The position numbers and the translations under genes were made by a program. From an uncultured Thermomicrobiales bacterium (lineage in GTDB: Bacteria; Chloroflexota; Chloroflexia; Thermomicrobiales; CFX8), in the NCBI GenBank assembly GCA_964462545.1, contig CAYWXR010000007.1, positions 1,581 through 65,580 of the forward strand: 64,000 nt of DNA. Reading direction: 5' to 3'. The first letter of the stretch is position 1; every line of letters begins with the position of its first letter. The notes beneath the pieces were generated by a model, which searched no databases, had not been told where the DNA came from, and saw nothing but the letters and a program-made list of their open reading frames with translations. This document shows positions 43,997 through 53,389 of this stretch, in pieces.

Positions 43997-46078
43997 ATGC
44001 TGGAGCACTTCAGCCGTTGGCTGCGGCGTTACAAGGGAGTCGAAGCTAATCCGGTCTACCGGCTAGCTGTCGACGTTGCCACCGGGCGAACCACGTTCGA
44101 GCGTGCCATGGCTGCCGTACAGTCCTATACCGTCATTGCCGGTCTGGCAGACGGTGATCTGATCGAACTCGACAGGCAGGCAGAATTCGAGACTCGCTCC
44201 AACTTCGAGTTCGGATTATTGCTCTCCCAATTGAACGCAGCCGCTGCCCGGGCAAAAGGTTTTGAAAAGGTCTACGTCGATCTCTGCCTGCGAGTGGCAG
44301 ACCTCTTTGAAAGCGTCGCCCGGCTCCCGGAGCGTGATTACTATTTGCGCGAAGCGGTTAACGCCGCCCAGCGAACGTCCTACATTTCCGGAGAGCGCCG
44401 GGTAACCGGTCGGCTGGCACGTCAGGCTTACGAGCGTGGCGATATTGCTGAAGCGCGCCGTCTCTGGACATCCCAGCTCGAGGCCGGACGTGATGACGCC
44501 GACGGCAGGGACGAGGTCGAGACCGCACTTTTGCTCGCGAACCTCGCGATGACCGAAGGTGATACCGCCACTGCTTACGATCTGTACAACCGGGCCGGGA
44601 AATCGGCACGCCGGCTGGGGTTGCATCCCGAGGTTGTCGAGGCCCTGCTTGCCCAGGCAACCATCAGCCGCGAACGTGGCGAGATGGACACTGCGCTGAT
44701 GCTGCTTCACCAGGCGCAGGAGGCTGCCGAACGTACCGTCGATGTCCGCCTGCGAGGGCAGGTTGAGTATCGCACCGGTGCGTTGCTCTGCGACATGAAC
44801 CGACCTTCGGAAGCACTGCCCATCCTGGAACGCGCCATTGAACTGGCGGTCGAGGAGGGAGACCCGACTCTTGAAAGCAGCGCGCTGAACCTGGTGGCGA
44901 ATATCGCCCAACAGGCTGGTGATCACCGCGAGGCTCGCCGGCATTACGAGCGACTGGCGCAACTGGAAGAAGGCATCGGCAACCGGGTAGAGGCCGGCCG
45001 TGCCCTTTGTCAACTTGGCGCCCTTCACTTTGATGCCAACCGTCTGGATGAGGCGTACCGGGTGCTGGTGGATGCCCGGGCAATCGCGTCTCACGCCAAT
45101 GACCAGGATTTCACGATCCAGGTGCATGGCTTGTTGGGGAGCGTGCTGGCAGCGCAGGGGCGTGAGCGCGAGGCGCTCGAGGCTCTGGAGGTTGCTGTTG
45201 CCGGCAGTCATCAGGCCGGAGATTACATCGCCGAGGCTCGTTGGCTGGTTGCGGCCGGTGAGGCAATGTTGCGATTTGGTGGCACTGACGAGGCCGCATC
45301 GTTGGCTTCCCAGGCCGAGCAACTTGCCAGAATGGATGACAACCTGATTCTTCAGGCACAGATTCATGCCCTGAATGGTCAGATTGCGCTGGCACGTGGA
45401 TTGCTTTCCGACGCGACCGATGCCTATCAGGATGCAGTCTATGCGTCCAATATGGCCGGGCAACCACGGGAGACACTCCGGTACTTGCCATTGCTGGCCC
45501 GCCTGACACTGGAATCCGGTGCGGTGGACAAGGCACTTGAGCACCTTGCAGCGGCCATCGAAGTTGCGGAGCAACTCGGCGAGCAGCGGACGCTTTGCTC
45601 GCTGTATGGCCAGACCGCACGTATTCACCAGCGTCGAGAGAACTACGATGAAGCGGTGATTTTCTACCGGAGCGCTCTGGATGTCGCTACCGAATTGAAT
45701 GACGACCGGTTGATCGCCCGTGCGACCCAGGGACTGGCTACGTCGTTGGATACCGCCGGGCGCACCGACGAGGCAATCGAGAATTATCGTCTGGCAATCG
45801 AGGCGACCGAGCGTATCGGCGACTTGCGGGCAGCGTCGCGGATTCACTACAACCTTGGCGCGATCTATGCGGATAACAGCCGCGATGACATGGCTCGGCG
45901 GCACCTGGTGCGCGCTCGTGACAGCGCCGAATCCGTCGGTGATGTTGATCTGGCAGACCTGGCAGAGAGCCTGCTGGGGATGCTGGCTCCGGTGGGAACG
46001 TTCTATGACCACTATCCCGAAGACCTTGCTGTAAGCGAGGAACCGGCCCGCCCCCGTGACTACCCGATGCTTCACTGA
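43997..46078 (+). CDS. large TPR-like repeat protein, function unknown
   Basis: 693 aa. Ala/Leu/Glu/Arg-rich with helical repeats of about 40 aa (..AL.L.G.....G....A...Y..AL..A...GD..). The 645-aa antisense ORF is a shadow. Confidence 0.7.
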   Translation: MLEHFSRWLRRYKGVEANPVYRLAVDVATGRTTFERAMAAVQSYTVIAGLADGDLIELDRQAEFETRSNFEFGLLLSQLNAAAARAKGFEKVYVDLCLRVADLFESVARLPERDYYLREAVNAAQRTSYISGERRVTGRLARQAYERGDIAEARRLWTSQLEAGRDDADGRDEVETALLLANLAMTEGDTATAYDLYNRAGKSARRLGLHPEVVEALLAQATISRERGEMDTALMLLHQAQEAAERTVDVRLRGQVEYRTGALLCDMNRPSEALPILERAIELAVEEGDPTLESSALNLVANIAQQAGDHREARRHYERLAQLEEGIGNRVEAGRALCQLGALHFDANRLDEAYRVLVDARAIASHANDQDFTIQVHGLLGSVLAAQGREREALEALEVAVAGSHQAGDYIAEARWLVAAGEAMLRFGGTDEAASLASQAEQLARMDDNLILQAQIHALNGQIALARGLLSDATDAYQDAVYASNMAGQPRETLRYLPLLARLTLESGAVDKALEHLAAAIEVAEQLGEQRTLCSLYGQTARIHQRRENYDEAVIFYRSALDVATELNDDRLIARATQGLATSLDTAGRTDEAIENYRLAIEATERIGDLRAASRIHYNLGAIYADNSRDDMARRHLVRARDSAESVGDVDLADLAESLLGMLAPVGTFYDHYPEDLAVSEEPARPRDYPMLH

Positions 46079-46108
46079 TCTCCACACTTGCCAATCAGCA
46101 AACAGATC

Positions 46109-46140
46109 GACACCCGCCACCGGCGGGTGTCTTGCATTGT
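46109..46140 (+). terminator. intrinsic terminator after TPR gene
   Basis: GACACCCGCC-acc-GGCGGGTGTC followed by TTGCATTGTGT. Confidence 0.55.
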
Positions 46141-46417
46141 GTCCCTGCGACAAGACAATTCTTGCTGTTGCTGGCCGGTATCTGTGAGAACGATGAACGG
46201 TCTTGCCGATAGATGCAAGTTCTGATCGCTGGCAAAAGATCCTCTTGCAGAGAATCGAAAATTGAAACCGGAATCACCGGCAAAAACGGTAGACGATACA
46301 CCCCCTGTCGGGCTATGATGTGACTACTGGGAACAGGCGGGGTGCAGGGTCCGACTAACCGGAACCTTTCATTCAACAACTTCGATCGTCCGGCGACATT
46401 GTTGACGCAGGCTTGCG

Positions 46418-48874
46418 TTGGCTGCTCGACCGATGCCGCTTGCGCCTTTTTCCGGAATGGCAGCAGGTGGTGGCGTCGAAAGTCGGTTCATGTCATTGGT
46501 TCAGTTGGCTGGTGGGAGTTTCGCTGTCGAGGCAAACGGACTCGGTGATCATTCACCGTTTGTCTGGGCAGCCTCGGGTGCGCAATCCGATTCCATCCCC
46601 AGCCCGCTGCTCGTCCTGGCCGACGTTGTGGACGCAGTGCCAGATGCGGCAACCATTGCCCAGGAAATCGTTCGCGGTGTCAGCGTCTACCTGCAGCATG
46701 TTGACCACTCCAGCCCGCAGGAAGCGTTGCAACGCTGTTTCGCAACAGCGAACGAGCGGGTGCTGGAAGCAAACCGCTTCCGGACCGGGATGCGACGGCT
46801 GCACCTCGGCCTCACCTGTGTCATGCTTGATGGCCCGGGCCTCTATGTGGCCCAATGCGCGCCGAGTCAGCTGCTTGTCTGGCAGGATGACCATCTGGTT
46901 GAACTGCCGGCACTTTCGACCTGGTCGGCGCGTGATATCACCGGAACGTTTACATCTCTCAGCTATCCCTTGGGTTTCCAGCGAGATCTGGAGCCTAGAA
47001 TCTCGTATACGGAATGGGAACCAGGTGATGTGGTTGCCGCGGTGTCGTGGCAATTCGCCCGGCATCTGAACGATGCCGGCTTGCTGGAGCACGGTTCAGG
47101 TTCGGACGTACTCCATGCTGCTCTTTCAGACGAGGGGCTGGTTTCAGCCGGACGGTACATTCATGGTGCTGTGTTCCGGCTCGGTGTCCCCGAGACTGTT
47201 GGCGTCGCAGAGGCGGGAGCCCGCGATCCGCGACGAACGTCCGAACCGGATTCCCGAACTGGCCTGAAATTGACTAGCCGGAGCGTACCGGCATCGGCTA
47301 GGCTTGAACCAGGACTCCTTCCTGATACTGATACTGAAGAACTTCCGACCATTCGCTCTGAAGTTCCGTCTTTCCGGCATGATGCAGCGGTCGTGGACCT
47401 GTCTGCAGCAACGCCAACGTTTGCCGGTCGTCAGCATTCTCCACAGCACGCTGAACGAGGCGACCAACGAGGGAAAAGCCGCGAAGGAAAGACCGGGGCA
47501 AACCGGGGCGGGTCTGGTCGGCCACCAGCGCGTAGAGGGCACATTGTGGAGATACTTGCAGGGTTGCTATTGAGCCTGTCAGCCGCTGTGGTCGGCGTCT
47601 GGCAGATTAACAAGCGTGACCGACCAATTCATGGCCCCCGGGATGACGGGACATTGGGACTCCCGCATCTCCAGAAGTGGTCGCCTTCCTATCAGGCACC
47701 AAGGTTTCATACGGTGCGCAGAGTGTCACCCCGCATGCAGGTGAATCGCTTTCTTGCGGTAGGCGCTGCGTTGGTGCTGGTCGTCATTGCGGCCATTATG
47801 GCGATGAACGTGCTCGACCGGCAGGGGGAAACCGACACCAGTGACTTCCAGACCCGCCTGAACGAGATCTCGACGATTCGGGCGAGCGTTGATACCTCGA
47901 TCACCAGCGACGTGAACTTCCAGGCGTTGCAGGGCGCACAAGGCGCCCTCGCCGAACTGGAAGCAGAAGCTCCGAACGATGAGATGAAGGCTGCCGTTCT
48001 GGAAGAGCAGATGGCGGTTGCGACGGCGCTGAGCGAATTGACCGGCTCGACGACGATTGGTCAGGTGCAGGTGATGGGTTCCCTGCCGCCGATCGAGGAA
48101 GGCGTGACTCCACGTCTCTTCACCGGAGGTGGGCGAACCTTTGTCATCGGCAGCGGGCTGTATGAACTCGACCAGATCAACGGCAATCTGGTGCAACTAC
48201 TTGCACCGGGCCAGGAAGTCGGCGGAGCGCCAATCGGCACCATGCTGGCGGCTACCTGGAACGAGGACCGCCTGATGGTGGTCGACAGCCTGAACGTCTT
48301 CATCCAGAACCCGGGTACCGGCGAATGGCAACGGGTGCCGCTCGGGACAATCACCGAAGGCGGCTTTAGTGACATAGCGGCTGTGGCGGCCTTCGACCGC
48401 AACCTCTATTTTCTGAGCGCCGGCATGGGCAAGATCTTCAAGTACGACGCACTCGATTTCAGTGGCTCACCGGAAGACTGGGCAAGTGCCTCGACCCGCG
48501 ATGCGCTGGCAGACGCGGTGGATTTCCACATTGATGGGTATATCCATGTGCTGGGTTCCGACGGCCGTGTGATGTCGTTCTTCCGTTCAACGATTGACCG
48601 CACCATCGAGCCGATCGTACGCCCGGCAGAAATCCAGGCGACGGCATTCCAGCCAGTGCTGGGCGGCAAGTATTTCTACATCGTGGACAGCGGAAATGGC
48701 CGGATCATCGCTATCGATAACGAGGGCAAACTGTACCGGCAATTCGTAACCACGCCGGATCAGCCGTCCCTGCGTGGCGCGACTGACCTGGTGGTGAATG
48801 AGACAAACGGACTGGCACACGTTCTGGTGAATAACACTCTGGTTACTGTTCGGCTTTCACTGCCGGCCGAGTAG
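46418..48874 (+). CDS. large membrane protein: degenerate PP2C-like N-domain, disordered linker, 2 TM helices, C-terminal beta-propeller-like repeats
   Basis: 818 aa as listed. The start may instead be ATG 46433, 46457 or 46490. The N-domain resembles PP2C/SpoIIE (..LHLGLTCVMLDGPGLYVAQCAPSQLLVWQDDHLVELP..) but lacks the metal-binding Asp motifs. TM helices are ILAGLLLSLSAAVVGVW and FLAVGAALVLVVIAAIMAM. The C-terminus has repeated strand-rich units (..YFYIVDSGNGRIIAID..). Confidence 0.65.
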   Translation: MAARPMPLAPFSGMAAGGGVESRFMSLVQLAGGSFAVEANGLGDHSPFVWAASGAQSDSIPSPLLVLADVVDAVPDAATIAQEIVRGVSVYLQHVDHSSPQEALQRCFATANERVLEANRFRTGMRRLHLGLTCVMLDGPGLYVAQCAPSQLLVWQDDHLVELPALSTWSARDITGTFTSLSYPLGFQRDLEPRISYTEWEPGDVVAAVSWQFARHLNDAGLLEHGSGSDVLHAALSDEGLVSAGRYIHGAVFRLGVPETVGVAEAGARDPRRTSEPDSRTGLKLTSRSVPASARLEPGLLPDTDTEELPTIRSEVPSFRHDAAVVDLSAATPTFAGRQHSPQHAERGDQRGKSREGKTGANRGGSGRPPARRGHIVEILAGLLLSLSAAVVGVWQINKRDRPIHGPRDDGTLGLPHLQKWSPSYQAPRFHTVRRVSPRMQVNRFLAVGAALVLVVIAAIMAMNVLDRQGETDTSDFQTRLNEISTIRASVDTSITSDVNFQALQGAQGALAELEAEAPNDEMKAAVLEEQMAVATALSELTGSTTIGQVQVMGSLPPIEEGVTPRLFTGGGRTFVIGSGLYELDQINGNLVQLLAPGQEVGGAPIGTMLAATWNEDRLMVVDSLNVFIQNPGTGEWQRVPLGTITEGGFSDIAAVAAFDRNLYFLSAGMGKIFKYDALDFSGSPEDWASASTRDALADAVDFHIDGYIHVLGSDGRVMSFFRSTIDRTIEPIVRPAEIQATAFQPVLGGKYFYIVDSGNGRIIAIDNEGKLYRQFVTTPDQPSLRGATDLVVNETNGLAHVLVNNTLVTVRLSLPAE

Positions 48875-48896
48875 GGGACCTGCTCCATACAGGGCA

Positions 48897-48936
48897 AAGA
48901 GAAAGGCCGCTCCGAAACCGGAGCAGCCTTTCTCTT
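48897..48936. terminator. long hairpin between convergent genes (bidirectional terminator candidate)
   Basis: AAGAGAAAGGC(C)GCTCCG-aaac-CGGAGC(A)GCCTTTCTCTT, about 17 bp. Confidence 0.55.
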
Positions 48937-48959
48937 GTATCGGAAATGCGTGATGTTTG

Positions 48960-49205
48960 CTAGCGGGTCTGGAAGAACTCGGCGTTCAGGCCGAGGAACC
49001 GTGACCAACGTTCCGGCAGGTCATCTTCGAAGAAGATGGCTTCCACCGGGCACACTTCAGCACACACACCGCAATCAATGCATTCGTCTGGATCGATAAA
49101 GTACTGTTCGCGGTCATCATCCGTGTGAATGCAGTCGACGGGACACACTTCGACGCAAGAGGCGTCTTTTACGCCGATACAGGGTTCGGCAATAACGTAG
49201 GTCAA
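48960..49205 (-). CDS. ferredoxin (7Fe-type, 3Fe-4S + 4Fe-4S)
   Basis: From TTG 49205 (GGAAGGAG 7 nt upstream): (M)TYVIAEPCIGVKDASCVEVCPVDCIH..IDPDECIDCGVCAEVCPVEAIF.. The ORF is open to 49295. Confidence 0.88.
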   Translation of the reverse strand: MTYVIAEPCIGVKDASCVEVCPVDCIHTDDDREQYFIDPDECIDCGVCAEVCPVEAIFFEDDLPERWSRFLGLNAEFFQTR

Positions 49206-49301
49206 CCGTTGACTCCTTCCAGCCTCGTTTTGGGGCGCATGAGATATCTGCCGTGCGACCCTAGTCTGACGTTGAGTATAGCACGGCGATAGCAAATCCC
49301 A

Positions 49302-50984
49302 TCAGGTCAACTTGCTGCTCGCCCGCGCCGCCTGTCCATGGATCAGGATGTTATCTGTCGCTTGCCAGATCCGGTTGAGCACCGGATTTGCTTCCCATGG
49401 GTCCATGATTCTTGGACGGTGTTCCTGCTCGATAAAGACCGGAACCAGGTCTATCGAAAGCACCTGCGAACCCTGCATCCAGACGTGGGCAATCATGCCT
49501 TGCTGGGTCTCGATCGACCATGCCTGATCGAAGATGAAATTTCCGAGTGAATAGACAATCGCCTTGCCCTGATAGGTTTCGACGGCCTGCACCCAGTGCG
49601 GGTGTGACCCCATCACCAGCGCGGCTCCGTGATCAATTGCAAGGTGGGCGAAATAGCGCTGTTCCTCGGTCGGGTCGGCAACATACTCCACACCCCAGTG
49701 GAAGTAGGGGATGACTACATGGCCGGCGGCAAGTTCCCGTTCGATGTCCTGGATAACGTAGTCCGGCTCCATCGGCATGGTACCGGCCCAGTCCGGCCCG
49801 GCGCCATCCCAGTGGTCGGTCACACCGTTGTAGCCGATGAAGGCGTAGGAGACGCCGTTGAGTTCAACCACGACCGCCTTGCGGGCTGCATCGAGATTTT
49901 CCCCAATGCCGAAATGCTTGATGCCGGCAGCATCCAGTGCGGCAGCCGTGTCGTTCATTCCCTGAATGCCGAAATCCATGGTGTGGTTGTTGGCGCGGGA
50001 AAGGACATCGATCTGGGCCAGTTTCAGACCCTCAACCGCTGCCGGATAGGTCGAGAACGAAAAGGTATCGCGATTCACCGGCGGGACGATGTTCTCCGAG
50101 ATCGAGCATTCCAGGTTGCCAATGGTTAGATCGGCCCAGGTGAGTTCGTGGTGGACATCCCGGAACGGAGCCGAGAAATCTCCTACCCGCTCCATTGCTG
50201 CGTGAACATATCGCCCGAAAATGATGTCGCCAACCCAGGTCATCGACACCGGTTGCGGCAGGCTCTGCTGGTCCGCGGAAAGGTCGAACAGACCAGAATC
50301 GCGAGGATCGATGATCATCTTCTGACGCAGCGGATTTCCACTTCCATCCGAGACCAGATAGTCGACGTCATCCACCTTCAAATGCCGGTATTTGAAATCT
50401 ATCCGTTGTTTCGGCAGGAGGGCGATGGTGCCGGTCTCAAAGTGAAGGAACTCTTCAAGATCATCAAGCGAGGCAATGTTCAGGTCTGCCTTTGCCGGGT
50501 CGAGCGGGCCGGACGAGCCTTCGACGGTCACCCGCTTGATAATGTGTGAACCGGGTTCACCGAGGTCTGCCCAGTCGGTGACCTCACCGTTCCAGACAGC
50601 ATGCAGTTGATCGAGCGAGATATTTCTGATTTGCAGCCTTCGGGAAACAACCGGCACATAATCGATCTCGATCTCGGTCGGCTCCCGTGTGCTGGTCACT
50701 GTTGCCTGCGATGCGCCGTCCGGCGGCGTTGCGTCGGGTCCGGCAGGTGTCGTTGGGCCGGCCTGCTGGTCTTCCCGCCCTGGTTCGATGGTGGCAGTGC
50801 TGGTAGCGTCGCGGGCCGCAGGACGGGATGTTGGTGTCGGTTGCGCTGATGTTCGAGTTGGCTGTGGCTCGACCAGTTCGTCCGGTCCGGTGCATGCGGC
50901 CAGCAAACCGGCGAAACCGACGCCTGCCCCGAGGAGCAGTGCGCGCCGGGAGAGTCGGTAATGGTTTGGGGCAGGATCTGCCAT
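49302..50984 (-). CDS. CapA (PGA_cap) family metallophosphatase-like lipoprotein
   Basis: 560 aa. Tat-like RRALLLGAG signal with lipobox LLAAC-T, a Pro/Thr-rich linker, then CapA motifs ..DLTIGNLE.., ..SRANNHTMDFG.., ..GSHPH.. Confidence 0.8.
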   Translation of the reverse strand: MADPAPNHYRLSRRALLLGAGVGFAGLLAACTGPDELVEPQPTRTSAQPTPTSRPAARDATSTATIEPGREDQQAGPTTPAGPDATPPDGASQATVTSTREPTEIEIDYVPVVSRRLQIRNISLDQLHAVWNGEVTDWADLGEPGSHIIKRVTVEGSSGPLDPAKADLNIASLDDLEEFLHFETGTIALLPKQRIDFKYRHLKVDDVDYLVSDGSGNPLRQKMIIDPRDSGLFDLSADQQSLPQPVSMTWVGDIIFGRYVHAAMERVGDFSAPFRDVHHELTWADLTIGNLECSISENIVPPVNRDTFSFSTYPAAVEGLKLAQIDVLSRANNHTMDFGIQGMNDTAAALDAAGIKHFGIGENLDAARKAVVVELNGVSYAFIGYNGVTDHWDGAGPDWAGTMPMEPDYVIQDIERELAAGHVVIPYFHWGVEYVADPTEEQRYFAHLAIDHGAALVMGSHPHWVQAVETYQGKAIVYSLGNFIFDQAWSIETQQGMIAHVWMQGSQVLSIDLVPVFIEQEHRPRIMDPWEANPVLNRIWQATDNILIHGQAARASSKLT

Positions 50985-51045
50985 TCAGTCCTTCTTCAGT
51001 GCATGTTCGATGTTCGGCCGTCCTGCCCCAGATTGTACCGCCCGT

Positions 51046-52107
51046 TTACATCAAACCATCAGCCAGCAGCATTTCGGCGTTGAGAATCGACGCGCCGGCA
51101 GCACCACGGATGGTGTTGTGACCGAGCACGACAAACTTGATATCCAGCACCGGGCACTCGCGAACCCGGCCGACAACCGAAGCCATCCCGCGTTCGACGT
51201 CGCGGTCCAGGATTGGCTGCGGGCGATCCGGAAGGTCGCTGACGATGATCGGGGCCGACGGGGCAGAGTGCAGGTTCATTTCCTGCGGGCGTCCGCGATA
51301 GGCACGAAGGACTTCGATAACCTCTTCCGGGCTGGCCTTCTTGCCCAGTTTGAGGTTGACCGTTTCCATGTGGCCGTGGCGCACCGGAACCCGATTGCAC
51401 TGGGCGCTTATCTTCAGATCGGCTTCCTCGAAGCCGGAGCCGTTGAACGTACCGAGCAACTTGCGCGACTCGGACTCCATCTTTTCTTCCTCGCCACCGA
51501 TGTATGGAACGACGTTGTCGATCATGTCCAGCGAGGGAACGCCCGGATATCCGGCGCCGGAAACAGCCTGCATCGTTGATACCAGACAGGTCTCGATGCC
51601 AAAGGCATCCCAGATCGGCTTGAGCGCCAGCACAAGATGAATCGTCGAGCAGTTCGGGTTGGTAACGATAAAGCCCTTGTCGAAGCCGCGATTGCGCTGC
51701 TGGAGTTTGATGGCCGCAGCATGGTCAGCGTTGACTTCCGGGATCATCAGCGGCACATCGTCTTCCATGCGGTTGTCACGGGCGTTGGAGAAGACGTAGT
51801 GACCATCCTTTGCAAGGCGGAGTTCTGTCTCGCGGGCAATGCCGCCCGGCAGAGAGGCGAAGACGACATCAGCGGTCAGCGAGTCTTCCGGGTGCTTGAT
51901 GGTCATCCCGGCGACTTCGTTTGGTGGGGCGGCGCTGAGTTTCCAGTTGGTGTATTCGCCGTAGATCTTGCCGGCGCTGCGTTCGCTGCCGACAACTTCG
52001 GTCAGTTTGAAATTCGGGTGGCCATCGAGAAGTTCGACATAGCGCTGGCCCACGCTACCTGTTGCGCCGAGAACGGCAACGCTCAACTGCTTGCCCATGG
52101 ATTGCAT
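51046..52107 (-). CDS. asd: aspartate-semialdehyde dehydrogenase
   Basis: 353 aa. ..VAVLGATGSVGQRYVELL.., ..NPNCSTI.. (active-site Cys). Start is ATG 52107 or ATG 52098. Confidence 0.93.
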   Translation of the reverse strand: MQSMGKQLSVAVLGATGSVGQRYVELLDGHPNFKLTEVVGSERSAGKIYGEYTNWKLSAAPPNEVAGMTIKHPEDSLTADVVFASLPGGIARETELRLAKDGHYVFSNARDNRMEDDVPLMIPEVNADHAAAIKLQQRNRGFDKGFIVTNPNCSTIHLVLALKPIWDAFGIETCLVSTMQAVSGAGYPGVPSLDMIDNVVPYIGGEEEKMESESRKLLGTFNGSGFEEADLKISAQCNRVPVRHGHMETVNLKLGKKASPEEVIEVLRAYRGRPQEMNLHSAPSAPIIVSDLPDRPQPILDRDVERGMASVVGRVRECPVLDIKFVVLGHNTIRGAAGASILNAEMLLADGLM

Positions 52108-52141
52108 TCCCTTTCTGCCCGCCCATCAGGGGCCGGGGCAC

Positions 52142-52167
52142 AAAAAAACAGGAGCCCTTGCTCCTGC
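52142..52167 (-). terminator. attenuator terminator upstream of asd
   Basis: Minus strand: CAGGAGC-aagg-GCTCCTG followed by T7 (A-run 52142-52148 on the plus strand), 35 nt upstream of the asd ATG. Confidence 0.8.
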
Positions 52168-52199
52168 TGCCGGTACACCTGTCACGTTTCTGGAAGTCG

Positions 52200-52289
52200 C
52201 TAACACCTCCCCCCACGTGACGCCGCACCGGCGCCCGCGGTAGTGGTAATAATGGTGTTCATGATGCTGGCCAGAAACTGGTCGCGCAT
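52200..52289 (-). CDS. Thr/Ile-rich leader peptide (29 aa, MRDQFLASIMNTIITTTAGAGAASRGGRC)
   Basis: GGAG 9 nt upstream of ATG 52289. The run Thr-Ile-Ile-Thr-Thr-Thr is at 52256-52239. The stop at 52202-52200 lies 33 nt before the terminator stem. It resembles E. coli thrL (..[17 protein letters not shown]). Confidence 0.6.
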   Translation of the reverse strand: MRDQFLASIMNTIITTTAGAGAASRGGRC

Positions 52290-52367
52290 TGATGGATACT
52301 CCATCATCTGGTGAGATCATGCGAGCGCCGGGTGAACTCCGGAACCCGCAACCATTCAACAGTGGGG

Positions 52368-52396
52368 ACAATAGCAGCGAAATGCGTAAGCGTCAA
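52368..52396 (-). promoter_or_regulatory. candidate promoter of the asd leader
   Basis: Minus strand: TTGACG (52396-52391), 17 nt, TATTGT (52373-52368). The -35 box overlaps the SD region of divergent hom. Confidence 0.5.
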
Positions 52397-52408
52397 GGGG
52401 AGGACATC

Positions 52409-53389
52409 ATGGGCGGTCAGCCGATCGGGTTGGCGATTCTGGGTTTGGGGACGATTGGCAGCGAGGTTGCACGCGCTGCGATGGCTGATGACCGTCTGCG
52501 TCTGGTTGCGGTGCTGGACCGTGGTCCGGAACGCGCGGAACGCGCCGGCATTGCCCCTGCGTTGATCCTGACAGATGGCAACGAGGTGGTGGATCACCCG
52601 GATGTTCAGGTCGTTGTCGAGGTACTGGGCCGGGAGCAACCAGCCGGTGACCTGATGGTACGTGCCTTGGCAAATGGCAAGCACGTGGTAACTGCCAACA
52701 AGGAAGCCGTGTCGAAACAGTTGCCATCCATCCTCGCGGCAGCCAGGGACGGAAAGTCCGGTTTTCTTTGCGAGGCGAGCGTCGGTGGTGGTATCCCGCT
52801 GTTTGTGAGCCTGAAAGCTGTGATGGATTCCAATCGCATCGAGCGGGTGCGTGGCATCGTCAACGGCACCACGAACTATATTCTCTGGAAGATGGAAACC
52901 GAGGGCGCCGGGTATGACGAGGCACTGGCGCAGGCCCAGGAACTGGGTTACGCCGAGCCGGACCCGACTGCCGATGTTGAGGGCTTCGACGCCAGCTACA
53001 AACTGGCGATCATCGGTTCGCTGATTTCCGGGCGGCATATCCGGCCGGAAGAGATTGACCGCACCGGCATCTCGGGTGTCTCCTCGGCCGACATCGAGGA
53101 CGCAAAGCAGCGCGGAGGGACAATCCGTCTGATTGCGTCGGCCGAACGGGATGGTGATGATATCCGGTTGAAGGTCGCACCGACGTTCGTATCGGGTGAT
53201 GACCTGTTCTCGCGGGTTTCCGCGAACTATAACGCACTGGAGATCGTCGGCGATCGGGTTGGACCGGTGTTGCTCCACGGTCAGGGAGCGGGACCGGCTC
53301 CGACATCCAGCGCGATTCTGTCCGACGTATTCGAGGCCGTTCGTACCGGTGCGGCCGCAACTCCGGCGGTTAATCTGTCCACGACTTGA
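52409..53389 (+). CDS. hom: homoserine dehydrogenase (no C-terminal ACT domain)
   Basis: From ATG 52409 (GGGGAGGA upstream): ..LAILGLGTIGSEVAR.., ..NGTTNYIL.., ..LAQAQELGYAEPDPTADVEG.. The ORF is open from 52289. Confidence 0.9.
   Translation: MGGQPIGLAILGLGTIGSEVARAAMADDRLRLVAVLDRGPERAERAGIAPALILTDGNEVVDHPDVQVVVEVLGREQPAGDLMVRALANGKHVVTANKEAVSKQLPSILAAARDGKSGFLCEASVGGGIPLFVSLKAVMDSNRIERVRGIVNGTTNYILWKMETEGAGYDEALAQAQELGYAEPDPTADVEGFDASYKLAIIGSLISGRHIRPEEIDRTGISGVSSADIEDAKQRGGTIRLIASAERDGDDIRLKVAPTFVSGDDLFSRVSANYNALEIVGDRVGPVLLHGQGAGPAPTSSAILSDVFEAVRTGAAATPAVNLSTT

Noticed and set aside
44216-46153. 645-aa minus-strand ORF
   Set aside because: It lies antisense to the TPR gene. The plus frame shows periodic helical-repeat sequence and has a terminator after its stop. 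The minus frame is low-information Arg/Gln/Gly-rich sequence.
52126-52371. 81-aa minus-strand ORF containing HHEHHYYHY, overlapping the Thr/Ile leader in another frame
   Set aside because: I considered it as a possible His/Tyr leader peptide and rejected it for three reasons:
- Its first start lies inside the predicted -10 box.
- It reads straight through the terminator to 52126, which does not fit attenuator architecture.
- His/Tyr control of asd makes no metabolic sense, whereas the Thr/Ile frame stops 33 nt before the terminator and has a GGAG.
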